Assembly: GCA_013265495.1 (NCBI GenBank)
Contig: MU058636.1
Coordinates: forward strand, 3,645,967-3,709,966
From: Vicugna vicugna
Taxonomy: Eukaryota
Reading direction: 5' to 3'
DNA length: 64,000 nucleotides
Below, piece after piece: positions 50,106-61,455 of the stretch (the first letter of the stretch is position 1; each line of letters begins with the position of its first letter). The position numbers were made by a program, and so were the translations under genes. Under the pieces are notes generated by a model, which saw only the letters and a program-made list of their open reading frames with translations, had not been told where the DNA came from and searched no databases.

Positions 50106-53100
50106 AAGCCCCAGCTTCTCTCCCAAGAGAGTGGCTGGAAGGAAATAATCCCAGGGCCACGTTTTAGAGGAAGGAAAAGTAGCTTTTGTGGCAGCAACTG
50201 AGTTTTATCTCTAAGTCCAATTCAGAATCTTCTAGGTCCTTAGAGCATTTCTGGGTTCTTTACTTGGGAGCGATTCCGGCCCAGTGTGTACTTGGACATC
50301 CAAGGCTGCAGTGTTCCTTGGGTGGCTCTGGGTTGCTGCCTCCTGGAAGGAACATTCTACTTTATCTGCTTGGTGCTGCTTCCCCGGATCCAGAGCATCC
50401 TTGAGGCCCAGCCAGAGATCCGCCCCTTCCACGAAAACAGCAATGACTACATTAGCTTCTTCTCCCTCTGAGAATCCCCTGGGCTAGTCAGAGGCATATA
50501 ATTTAACACTTAATTGTTTTCTAATTGCTTCCGATCTGTTCTGTTCCCTCACCCTATTATAAGCAGCTCAAGGGTGGAGACCGTGGTTCCTCACAGTGCC
50601 TTTAACAAGGCTGGTTGACTGCCTGGCTCATCCTTGGGGCCCCAGAGCCTCAGACTGCCTGGGAGTTGGCTCTCCATGAATATTTGTTGAATTAATGAAT
50701 TTGGTGATGGAATGCTTATTGGAATATTTAGTCAGAAAACCACAGCCTGAAAACAAACTACCCGGAATGCGCTCCATTCTATTCTATTCAATCAGCATTT
50801 AGTAGAGATGTGACAACCGCCTCCTGTGTACCAGGCTCTGTCCTTGGTGCTGGGGGTACAGCAATAAATTTCCCTCATCGCGTACTAAGTGCTCACTTTT
50901 AAAGGAAGGTAAATGTAAAGCTTTTGAAATGGGTCTTCCAGGTCCCAGAAACCATGAGAAACAGGGATAGAGATCGCCTCAATCAGAATCGATCAGGTTC
51001 AAAGTAGCCCACAGTACTAGAGAGAGCTGTAGTGACAACTAGGCTTCGTCCCTTCCAAAGCGTCCCTCACCACACTGTCAGCGTGCAAAGGCACCGTTAC
51101 TCATTATAGGTTTGGTCTATTTTGTGTTAGATGTTTTGCTCTTTGATAGCACAAGCAGAACAGGGCCAGGTCTTGCCCGTTGGTCACTGGTGTCCTCTGA
51201 GCTCATCTCCTTGTGTGACAGGATTCCAGAGCCCAGATGTCAAGACTTCACTCTGGGCGAGTTGATCTGAAACCATCCAAGACATGGTGATTTGGTCTAA
51301 CGGGATAATGGCGTTAGTTCTGCAGAAACAAATTCTCTTTTCCTATTCAAAGTGATTTCTAAACGTGGTGACTCTGTCTGTCCCTCCTGCCCCCGTGTCT
51401 CACCTGGAAGTGCTGTTTTTCTGCACGTTCACTGAAATCAACAGCAGGCATTTCCCCCTGACCCGATGCCACCTTCCTCAGCACATGGCTTCAGCTGCTC
51501 TGGCTTGTGGTAATTACCGAACCAAGTGATTGCGGGAGAAGCAGCCCACAGAGATTTCTACTGCCAAGTAATTAGGGCCAGAGAAGTTCCACAGACCATT
51601 AGTGTCACTTTGGGGAACAGGATTTTACAAACATTGTGGCAGGCACATGATTTGAAGTCCTGTGTCTTTTCAAGTAGGAATGAATATCAGAAAAAGAGAG
51701 GAAGGGATGGAGACATGAAGGAGAAAACAGAGAGAGAGAAATTCATCCAAATAAGGATGAGGAGGAAAGGGAGCGAAAGAGAGAGAGAGAGAGAACGCCC
51801 TAGGTCGGGGCAGTTTTCCATTTATTAAAGAAGACAGCCAGTGTATTCACTTAAAGGATCAATGAGTGGTTTTGACCCTGTAGCTATCCCTGAATAAAGG
51901 GGTGATTGTCACACGGGCAGGCAAGTTGCTGTCCAAGTGACACCACCCATAGGTCTCACGTCGGCTTCCCTAGGTTGGCAGCCCGTTGCTCTCAGGGTGT
52001 CCCTGAGTCCCTGGCCTCTGGTGCTTCATCCACTCCTTTCTCTTCAGGCGTCCAAGTCATTCTTCCCAGCAAAGGTGCCTTGATGAAGTTTTGATAATTA
52101 GTTTGAGGCATTAGTAAAAGGGACTCGATTCCCATAAATGAGGCAGGGATGAGATGGGGCTCAAAGAGGCAGGGAAGTGACTTGTTTTCCACTATTGTGC
52201 TCAAAATACATTCAAATATATCAGTTTTCTGGTTTCCTTGGTTAGAGGTGCCACCTCATTGTTCCAGGGCCAAAGTCAGACCCGTCCCTGGCTAGGGCCC
52301 AGTGCGGATTTCTGATTTGGTGTTATTCTGGTTTCTGTACCCCTGGATTTCCTGATTTGATGTCATTCAACATTTCCAGTAAGACCAATTATTATATGAC
52401 AAAATGAACAAGGCTTCATTTTTAAGCCTTTGTAAAACCTGATGATAAAGCAAGTCAGAAAAATAAAATGCTGGCTGTCTGTGCAGAGACTTTGTTTTAA
52501 AAACTGGGTCACTTTAAGAGACCTCAGAAATCTTGGGCTAGGTGCCCCCAATTTGGCTGTCTATTTCTCTCTTCATTCTAATTTATCTGTCTCTAACATA
52601 TGTATCTATCATCTGTCCATATCTAATCTGTCAATCACTTTTCTATCCATCATATATCGATTCTAATTTATGAACTATCACAGTTCCAAATTATCTGTCT
52701 GTCTGTCTATCTATCTACCTACCTACCTACCTATATTTCTAGCACTTGTTTGCTCACAGCAAGCTGTCCCCCTGGTTCTGGGCGATTCTGCACAATGTCC
52801 TCACATCATATCTCAGAGTGCAGCAACGGTCCATGATCCTTATTCCTCCAGACTGGGGGCTTGTTCCTGTGTTTAGGCTTCCTGAAAATTCTGAAAGCTG
52901 AGGCCCAGCCAATCAGCACCTCGGTGGGGGTCATGCTGGAATTGCCTCTGCTCGGGAACAACCTGTTAGTTCCCCAGCTTGAAAACGATTCTACTTGTGA
53001 AGTTCCTGCTGACAGGCTGTTCCCTAGCGTGGTGCCAACAGCAGCCGGCAGGTGACCTCCAGGGGCGTGGGGGCTGCCCTGGGGTGGCAGGAAGTCGGAG

Positions 53101-53789
53101 GGGCCAGGACCCGCGCCTGCTAATCCTCACACTGGGTGCACCGGGGCAGCCCCATTGTGTCCCGAGCCCGGCTCTCCCATCGCCTTTTCTATGAAGCCTC
53201 TTCCAGGCGCCTGAGGTAGGGGCACTTCCCCGGCTCCCCGTGGCACTTTGTCCTTCTGTCTCCAGCTGTGCTTGTGCAGCGTCCAAGCGTCCATGTGCCT
53301 GTGACCCACCCCGGGCCGCAGCCCCAGGACAGGGGCTGTGCTTCTCAGCCTTGTTTTCTGAAGCCTGGCACCAGGCTCAGGTCTGAGCTGCACGGCTTTT
53401 TTTTTAATTGAAGTAAAGTTGATTTACTACATTGTGTTGGTTTCTGGTATACAGCATCTTGATTCAGTTATGCTTATGTAGTGTTTAGTGTTTGTTGCAT
53501 GAACAAATGAGGCATAACTTAACAACTGAACCAGGGCGGTGGGGGGAGGGGGTGCTGCTGGCAGCAGACTCCTCCCTGATAGTGGTCACATGGTCATAAC
53601 CTGCTCCAGGACTGTCACCTGACACTTTGGTTAGGTAGCGTGGCAAAGCTGTGACCTGACCTCAGGCAATCCTGCAGTTGCTAGAGGTCTGTGGCACCTG
53701 CTGTCTTTCTGGAAAAGTCCAGAGAAGTAAAAGTAATAGGCTCACTCTTTCCTGGCATGTGGGGTTGAGGGGGAGGGGAGGGGAGCTCT

Positions 53790-53971
53790 TAAAGCAAAGA
53801 TTCTCAAAGTGTGGTCCCGGGCCAGCGGCATGATGGCCACCTGCAAACTTGTTGGAAGTACAAATTCTTGGGCCTACTCAGACCTACAGCAATAACGGGA
53901 CAGGGGGCAGCAGTCTGTGTTTAACAAGCGTCCAGGAGGCTCTGATGCATGCTGAAGTGTGGGAACCACTG
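53790..53971. mobile_element. MER5A-like MITE
   Basis: ttctcaaagtgtggtcccgggccagcggcat...tctgatgcatgctgaagtgtgggaaccactg. Confidence 0.78.
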
Positions 53972-55599
53972 GTTTCAACTGAGGTTGGAGGGCAGCCCTC
54001 CTGCATTTGAAGCCTTGGGCTACCTGTTAAAAGTCACTCCCTGGGCCAACCTCAGACTTATGAGATCTCTGAGACCCCCTCAAGAGTTCACATTTTAATA
54101 AATATCCCTGGGGATTCCATGGTCGTTAAAGTTTGCAGAAGACTCTGGCTAAAAGGCTGAGGGGGTCGGGGCTTGGAAGGGTGGGCATTCTTGGAGTGAG
54201 AGACTTGGGAAAATCAGAGTTGTTCTGACTACAGGAAACCACGAAGAAAAATCTTGGATGGATCAGGCAGCCAAGTGGAATGAATGGGGTCAGTTTTGAT
54301 TACCCAGTGGGAGGATTTAAGGGTGCCTTATAACCTCAGTTGTATCGTCGCGAGCTCCCAGTGTTTTCTGGCTGGACACTGGCGCCTCTCCTGACCTTTC
54401 CCCAGCCCTTCGGAAGCTGTCGCTCAGTTCTCATCCTCCCGCCAGCTGCCAAGGCCCCTCCTGGGACGGCTGTTCCCTTACTGTGACCGCAGAGTGGGGA
54501 GGGGACTCTGTTCTCCCTGGTGTGGGGCAGGTCCTGCCCTGAGGCCCCTCCGCAAAGCAGAGACCAGGCTGAGATCGTCCACAGGGCTCTAGAAGGTCCA
54601 GGGACACGTGGAAGGGATGCAGACACCGAGAATGCGACGCTTACATGCCCACCCTCCCGGCACCTCTTATTGGGCAGGCCTCCAGCTTTCTTCCAAACTT
54701 GCCTCCAAGGGCATCATAAATGTCCCTGAAACTTCGTGCATCAGGGCCACGGCGGAAGTCTGGCTGCTGGGAAGGACCTTTCCTTCACCGCAGCCTCCTC
54801 GCTGCCCCAGGCAGGCTGCTCCCCAGCACGACGAGCTGCGGGTACGTTAATCCTTTCAAGGGACAGTACACGTCCACCTTTGATCAGCTCAGGTCTTCCA
54901 GAAAGCAGCTGCCAGCAGCGGAGGAGATGCGCTGGAGGCCCGGAGGGGAGGGACTAAGCGGAGGTGGGCGGGGCCTGCAGTCCGTGGGCAGGGCCGCCGC
55001 CTGCGAAGGACTGGGAGGAAGGGTGGGTGGGAGGAGCCTCTGCTGCAGTTTTTAGAGGGTCTTCTGTGTTGACCTCAAGCAAAGTGTGCCTGTCGGAAGA
55101 GGCCTGTGCTAAGCCATTGGCTGGAAGCATCCTGGGGAGGCGGGAGGGATGTGGGCTCAGCAGAGGTCCCCCAGGGTCCGAAGGTGCTGGAGGCTGTCAG
55201 CCAGCCGTGCTCCCTGCAGTCCCTCTTGACGGGGAGCTGAATGACTCACTCCACCCCAGCCACAGTCCACCCTTGTGCTGGACCGATTTACTACTGCAAG
55301 CAGGTTTGGGAAGATGGTTCCCTGGGCCTTTCTTCATAAGGGGAAGTTTAGGAGACCGAGGGATGTGGGGAAAACCACCTCCTCTGTCACCGCAGTTGGT
55401 CTCGCAGTGCGGGACCTGGATCCATTGCCTTTTGTCTCAGCTCTGCCTTTTACAAGCCCCTCTCCGTCAGCTGTCACCTGGACAGGTCTTGGTGGCTCTC
55501 CTGGTGGTGTGGCCCATACCCTCATTTGTGGGCTCTTGGTCACCAGACCGTGCTCAGGCCAGGACGGATCTGCACGTGTTCATTTACAGTTGTAACTGG

Positions 55600-55873
55600 G
55601 TCAGGAAGGAACAAGAGACACCCAGGCGATTACCTGGGTCCCACACATGCTCCTGCCTGAGCGGCCCCGTCTCCTCCTGCTGATCAGAATCAATTACCTC
55701 TGCCAAGATGTGAGTCCTCCTCTTGCCTACTGGTCGGTGGACACAAGCTGTAACCTGTACGTCCATGGGACCCTCCCTTGTGGTGTCCCCTGGCAAAAGT
55801 GCAACCCCTTTGGGGACCAGGCTCTCAAACCCCGCAGAACCCAGAATTGTAGGAACAGGAAGTACAAAGTTCC
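55600..55873 (-). mobile_element. ERVL-class internal fragment with a degenerate dUTPase-like reading frame (continues at 57135-57170)
   Basis: Minus-strand peptide FVLPVPTILGSAGFESLVPKGVALLPGDTT...ILAEVIDSDQQEETG resembles recalled ERV-L integrase-tail/dUTPase sequence (FLLPVP..LGSAGLEVLVP.GG.LPPGDTT...VLAGVIDPDYQGEIG). Confidence 0.72.
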
Positions 55874-57134
55874 TGCTGTGGTCCAAATGTTCAAGATTCG
55901 TCTGTTGAAAGTTTGCTAGAGAAAAAACCACTATGACAACACTGCTTCACTTCTGACACCAGACGTGTGGGTGTTTCACACCCCAGCAGTTCTGTGACAC
56001 CAGCTGGCTGTCCTACAACTTAACTTAATCTTGACAGTCCTGGAGATAGCATCAGGCCCCATGGATTACGGGTTCAGTCCCACGAGACTGCCCTTCCCCC
56101 ACTTCAGAGGCCAACTGCAAGTCAGGTTGTTACCTGTGCTTCCGACCAACCAGCTGTAGATTGGAGGTGCAGATTAACTTGGGTGTGATTTTGAATTTGA
56201 ATTTGCAGGGTGGCTCAGAGATCACAGAAAAAAGGTTTACTTCCTAGATTACTGGTTTACTATAAGGGATATTAAAGGATACGCATCAACTGCCAAATGA
56301 AGAGATACATAAGGGGAGGTCCAGAAGGGTCCTGAGCACAGGAGCTCCTGTCTCCATGGACTTGGGGTGTGCCACCCTCCCGGTACTTGCATGCATTATT
56401 TTTCAGTCTTGAAGCTCTCTGAATCTTGTTCTTTCGGGTTTTTTGTGGAAGCTTCTTTATGGTGGTGTAATTGATTAAATCATTGGCATTGACGATTGAA
56501 CTCAATCTCTAACCCTTCTCTCCTCCCTGGAGGTGGGGGTGGAGGGAGATGCGGAAAGTTTCAACCCTCTAACCACATAGTTGGTTCCCCTGGCAACCAG
56601 CCCCATCCTTGAGACTTTCCAAAAGTCGCCTCATTAAAATGAACTCAGGTGTGGTTGAAAGGGGTTTGCTGCGAATAACATAAATCACCCATTTCACCTT
56701 CATCACTCTAGACCTATTTCAGGAGCTGGGACTGTAAGATGCCCCTATAACTCTCATCACTTAGGAAATTACAAAGGTTTCAGGAGCAATGTGCTGGGAA
56801 CCCTGGAAGAAAACCAAGCATATTTTTCCTGTAAAAAGTTACAATATCACAGAATGCTAATACCCAAGGAGATGATAGGGATTTTGGGAAGCGAATAGGG
56901 CATGAGGGCGGCACCCTCATGATTCAGATGAATACCTAATAAAAGAGGTTCCAGACAGATCCTCGCCCCTCCTCCATGTAGATACAAGAAGTCTGTATCT
57001 GGAAGCAACCCAGGCCCTCCTGGCACCCTGATCTTGGCCTTTCAGCTTCCAGAACCATGAGAAGTAAATTTCTGCTGTTCATAAGCCACCCAGTCTCTGG
57101 CATTTTGTTAGAGCAGCCCAAACGGATGAAGTCA
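55874..57134 (+). mobile_element. MLT1A/B-like MaLR LTR interrupted by a MER21
   Basis: Starts tgctgtggtccaaatgtt, resumes ~56851 (ctaatacccaa...catgagggcggcaccctcatga) and ends ttgttagagcagcccaaacggatgaagtca. Flanked by 5-bp GTTCC/GTCCC. Confidence 0.75.
55910..56851. mobile_element. MER21-like LTR
   Basis: cttcacttctgacaccag...gacaccagctggctgtcctacaa...cagtcccacgagactgccc...aagggtcctgagcacaggagct...acaatatcaca. Confidence 0.75.
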
Positions 57135-59299
57135 GTCCCTAGATGGGTCACTGGGAGAACGGGAAGTGGGTTTTCTATCTGCTGTAACAAATGACCACGA
57201 ACTTAGTGGCTTAAGACAACACAAATGTACTATACCACCGTTCTGTAAATCGCATAGTTCTCACCTGAGAAGGGAGCGAGGGGCTGGGTAGGAGGACCTC
57301 AGATTACAGCACGGTTGGTTCTGAGAAAGTCTTGGCCAGGTGGGTTTGGTGACCCAAGCAAGGGGTGTCCTTTGGAGGAGCGCCGTGCTGGGCAGCGGTG
57401 GTCCGGCTCTGAGACCCCCGCTGTGCTCATCTTTGTCCTGGGAGCAGCCGGGGTCTAGTGTGGGCTCAGCGTGAAGGCCTGGGGGATCCAGAGGCTGTCT
57501 GTCAACCCCGCTCCTCGAATGGCTCTCTTGAAAGGGGAGCTGAATGGCGCCCTCCTGTGGCCGCCATGCGCCCAAGGGCCTGATGGCCCTTCAAGAGAAC
57601 AGCTCGCCTCCCTCCCTTCCCTGCTCTGGTCACTGAGTCTTCATGGCCTCGCTGTGGGATTGGTCTGGCTGGCTCAGCAAGGTCATGGCCGTTCCCTTCA
57701 GCCTCTCCTCATCAAGGGTTCAGAAATGCTTAGGAGCCACTCTCCCTCAGAGAGAACTTGTTCCCTAATAAGGAACTTAATTGGAAAGAGAGTGGGAATG
57801 GATTTGCATTTTTTTAAAGCTACAAGGGACTTCAGGGAATTTTGTTCTAGTCCTCCCTCTTCCCTTCCACCCCTCAGAGTCCCTGCGGGAAACAAATGCC
57901 ACACTGATATTAGGGCAATTTGTCGAGGGTTTGTTTACAAAGATGTGGGTGGGATATGGAAAACCACACCGGGGATTGCGGTGTCCTGAGTTAGTAACAG
58001 CACGGCCCTTAGCATCCTGGGTCCTGGGAGGATGGAGGGATGTGGGGAGACAGCAATCTCCAGAATCTGGGAAGACAGTCATGGAGGGGAGAGCCTCTGG
58101 GGAGGGCAGTGACCCCTGAATAGAGGACACAGAGAGTCTGAAGCAAGAACTCAGGGAGTGAGCATGGGGGTTGGGACCGGACCGTACTTGCTGTCCTCTG
58201 AGATCTGACAGGGCTGCCACTGACCACATCCAACCAGAAAGCAGCGGGTGAGGGAACCCCTGATGGGCTCAGAGAGGTGAGCTTCCCCGGGACAGAGACC
58301 AGGGGGCTGAGTGGACGAGGGGTGGGGACACAGCCAGCACAGCCCCGAGTTGCAGCCTGAGGGCCCAATAAAGGAGACTCCACAACCGTCCTTCACTCAT
58401 CGACTCAGCAAATCTGGGGTCAGCACAGTGCTAGGTGCTGGAGATACAGAGATCTCCGGGAACTTGCTCCTTGTTGGCATTCTGAGGGGCTCCAGCCACT
58501 GGATGAAATAAGACTGGGGGTTGCTGCCATTTTATTTGCCTCAGTGTTGTCATGACCTCCGTGGCTGACACGTAGCTGAGATACAAGGCACAGCTGCTCC
58601 TCAGAGTGAGACCCACCTGGGTGTGAAGATGGAGAGATGCTGGGCAGGGTCTCCTTGCCCACTGAAGCCTGAATCTCATGTAATTTGAGAGCAGAATTTG
58701 GTCTCCAAGGACTTTTTGCTTTTCAGTGTCCACCGTGAAAATGCAACCCTGTTCCCTCCACAGCCCCAAATAAGTCATTCCTTTCATTTTTGTTTCTCCA
58801 CTTCAGCCTCCCTTGGGCATCACCATGAGAGCCTGTAAGAACACAAATGCCGGGGCCCAGCCCAGAGACTCTGCTTAAAGGGCCAGTGGGGCCCAGGTTG
58901 CTGTGTGTCTTGATCCCCGCGTGCAGCCAGGACTAAGACCGTGAGCCTGAAACCTTCATCAGTTGAGTCTGAGGACTGAGAGCCAGCTTTAGGCAAAGCT
59001 GGTGCTGGGGTGCAGGCCGATGTTAGACTGAGGGGGCATCTTGGAGGCCAAACACCTTTATGGTTTTGTCCAGTGCTGGCCGTGCTGGGGTAGAGAAGAT
59101 CTGGAGACCCTCAACAGGGCCAGATGTGATTCAGCTGGTGTGGGAGGCAGGGTCAGGGATGCCCCTCTGCTGGGATGAAGACGTTTGGAGGCTATGTACC
59201 CTAGGTGCGCGCTGTCCCACCAGGGAGGCAGCTGCCCTCTGGGGCAGGCCCCGTCCAGGGCGAGCAGAGGGAGGACTCACCCTCGGGTTCCACAATGGC

Positions 59300-59477
59300 A
59301 GGCTGGATCCTGTCTTTATTTCCATTTTGATATTTGGTTCATCATGGATGTTTTGCATTAATTTCAAATTTTAAAATATTGCATTAAAATATTATTTATC
59401 ATCATTGCAGTTTCGGTGCTCAGTTCAATTTTACACCAGAAACCAGTTAGACTCATGTCACTCTACTCCTGGCCCTG
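59300..59477 (-). mobile_element. MER96B-like hAT-Tip100 element (may extend left to CAGGGCC at 59115)
   Basis: ggatcctgtctttattt...ttttgatatttggttcatcatgga...ttttgcattaatt...aaaatattgcattaaaatattatttatc...ggccctg. Confidence 0.65.
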
Positions 59478-59519
59478 CTCTTGGGAGGGAAGTGACATTT
59501 ACTGCAGCCCTACTGTGTG

Positions 59520-59750
59520 CGGCTTATGGTTTTGGGACAGGCTTTAGGGTGGGACAGACTTGCATTTGAACTGCAGCCTCAGCTGTGTGACCTTGGACAG
59601 GTCACTAACCTCTCTGAGCCATAGTTTCATTCACTGTCACTTGGGGATAATAACTCCCTATTAGCAGGGTTCGCCGAGAGGGCAAGATTAACTAATGGGG
59701 TGTAAAGGCAGCAGCTAAGTCAGGGCCCCGCACAGATGAGCTCAGCGAAG
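59520..59750 (+). mobile_element. MIR SINE
   Basis: agctgtgtgaccttggacaggtcactaacctctctgagcc core. Confidence 0.75.
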
Positions 59751-61177
59751 GGCCCTGCGCACGTTTGGGCACCAGGCTGAAGGGCAGAAGGCAGGGCCCC
59801 GCACTCGGCCTTTTGTTCCTTGTGCGCTTGGATTCTTTCTTTTCAGGTGTGAATCATCCTTGGCAGCCCAAGGACCCCTCCCGGTGTCCCCTGTCCGCCA
59901 CTGCACCCATGGTCAGAGCCGGGGTGCGGGGTCCCCCGCGCCCCTGTCCCTGCCGCGCACAGAGGGCCCCTTTGTCCCCGCCCACACCTGACTGCACACA
60001 GCAAGGGGCCACGGCGCTGCTGGCGCGCAGCCAGGCCACTCTCAGCCTTAACGTTAGTCATGCCTCCGCCAGAAACCGCCTCGTAAGCCGCTTCTGGGTC
60101 TGGGTGGCCCCGGGTGGCGTTTTGCATTTCCTTTCCACGCTGGGTTTAAAGGCAGGCTGCTTTTTGGTGCCTGGCGGAGACTCTGTGGGTCAGCCGTGGG
60201 TCGGCTCCCTGCTGCTCTGGCTCCAGGGGGCCGCACACCACGTCGCCCCCTGAAGGGATGAACAGTTTGCTGTCACCACCCCTAACCACACACACACACA
60301 TGCTCCCGAAGGCTCCAACATAAGTGCAAACCGCTGAGTCCCTGGCCACTTAGGAGAGTCACCTTGAAGCCGGCTCCTTTGTTCCTGAAGCAGGTGCTGC
60401 CCCAGCGCTGGCGCTGGTGGGTCTCCCCAGCTGCAAGGCTGCTCAGAACTGCTGGGTTTTTTAACCATCCCTAGGCTGCCTTCTGGAGGGAGACGTGGGT
60501 CACGTTTGCCTTTGGAACAGGGATGACCGCAGTCAAGCCGCTCGCTCAGCACTGACGTGACAGCCCTGCACTACGTGGGCTCCTCTGGAAGCCATGGGGC
60601 CGAGCGCTGGGGGCCCCGGCACTGGGGGCACTGGGGGACTCCTGGCCTAGTGCGGAGGGGTGGGGTGGAGCTGGCAGTAAGATTTGAAGCCAGGTTGTTC
60701 ATACCACTGAAAATTGGAGCTGGCTGACGTGGGTGTCACAGCTGTCCACAGAGCTCTGTGTTCCCTCCTCCCAGGCCCACGTAGATGGCGTTTGCTCGTC
60801 TTGTTGAACTCGGGCATTTGTGTGGAAGTGGCTGCGTCGCTCCTGAGTGTGAGTTTTAAAGGCCTATGCTTTGCTTTGCAGCGCTCCTTCCCTTTGCCAT
60901 GGTAACTGGCGGTGTCCTAGACAGTGCCTCCCCCTCCCGCTCACCCCTCTCTCAGCCTGGGTTCGGGGTCAGGGGTGGGGGACATGAGCGGCCGACGCTG
61001 GGGTTTGTTTCCCCCTAGTGTGACCCAGCCCGTGGGGACTGCGGCACTGACCCACCCCTCCCGGCCCCTGCAGGGGTCGGAGGGACACGGGAAAGTGCGC
61101 CTCTCCACGTGTCCACGTCTCCGTCATCTTTGAAATCTTAGAAGAAATATTGTTCACTCCATGAAATCTTCCATAAA

Positions 61178-61455
61178 TAGGGTAGATAGGTTTAGCACAT
61201 GAAAACCCAGGGCACACAGTTGAATTTGCATGTCAGACGAAGAATGCTGAACAATGCATTGTTTTTATATGGAGGTATGGGGAATTGAACCCAGGACTTG
61301 ATGCACGCTAATTATGCACTCTACGCCTGAGCTGTCCCCGCAACCATGCATCTTTCTTTTAGCACAAGTACATCCCAAGCAATATTTGTGACATACTTAT
61401 ACTAACAAAATATGCAAACTTCAGTGGGCAGCTTATATTTTATCTGCCAACCCTA
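61178..61455. mobile_element. MER53 MITE with 8-bp TSD, interrupted by a Vic-1-like SINE
   Basis: TAGGGT...tctgccaACCCTA termini. TSD TCCATAAA (61170-61177) / TCTATAAA (61456-61463). Confidence 0.78.
61262..61339 (-). mobile_element. Diverged Vic-1-like SINE
   Basis: tggaggtatggggaattgaacccaggacttgatgcacgcta...cactctacgcctgagct. Confidence 0.8.

Noticed and set aside
54964..55683. Longest ORF (239 aa)
   Set aside because: No recognisable homology, non-ATG start, GC-rich composition, and it runs into LTR-element sequence.
55584..55931. Domesticated functional dUTPase gene
   Set aside because: The catalytic motif is degenerate, and the ORF's N-terminus comes from unrelated inserted LTR sequence.
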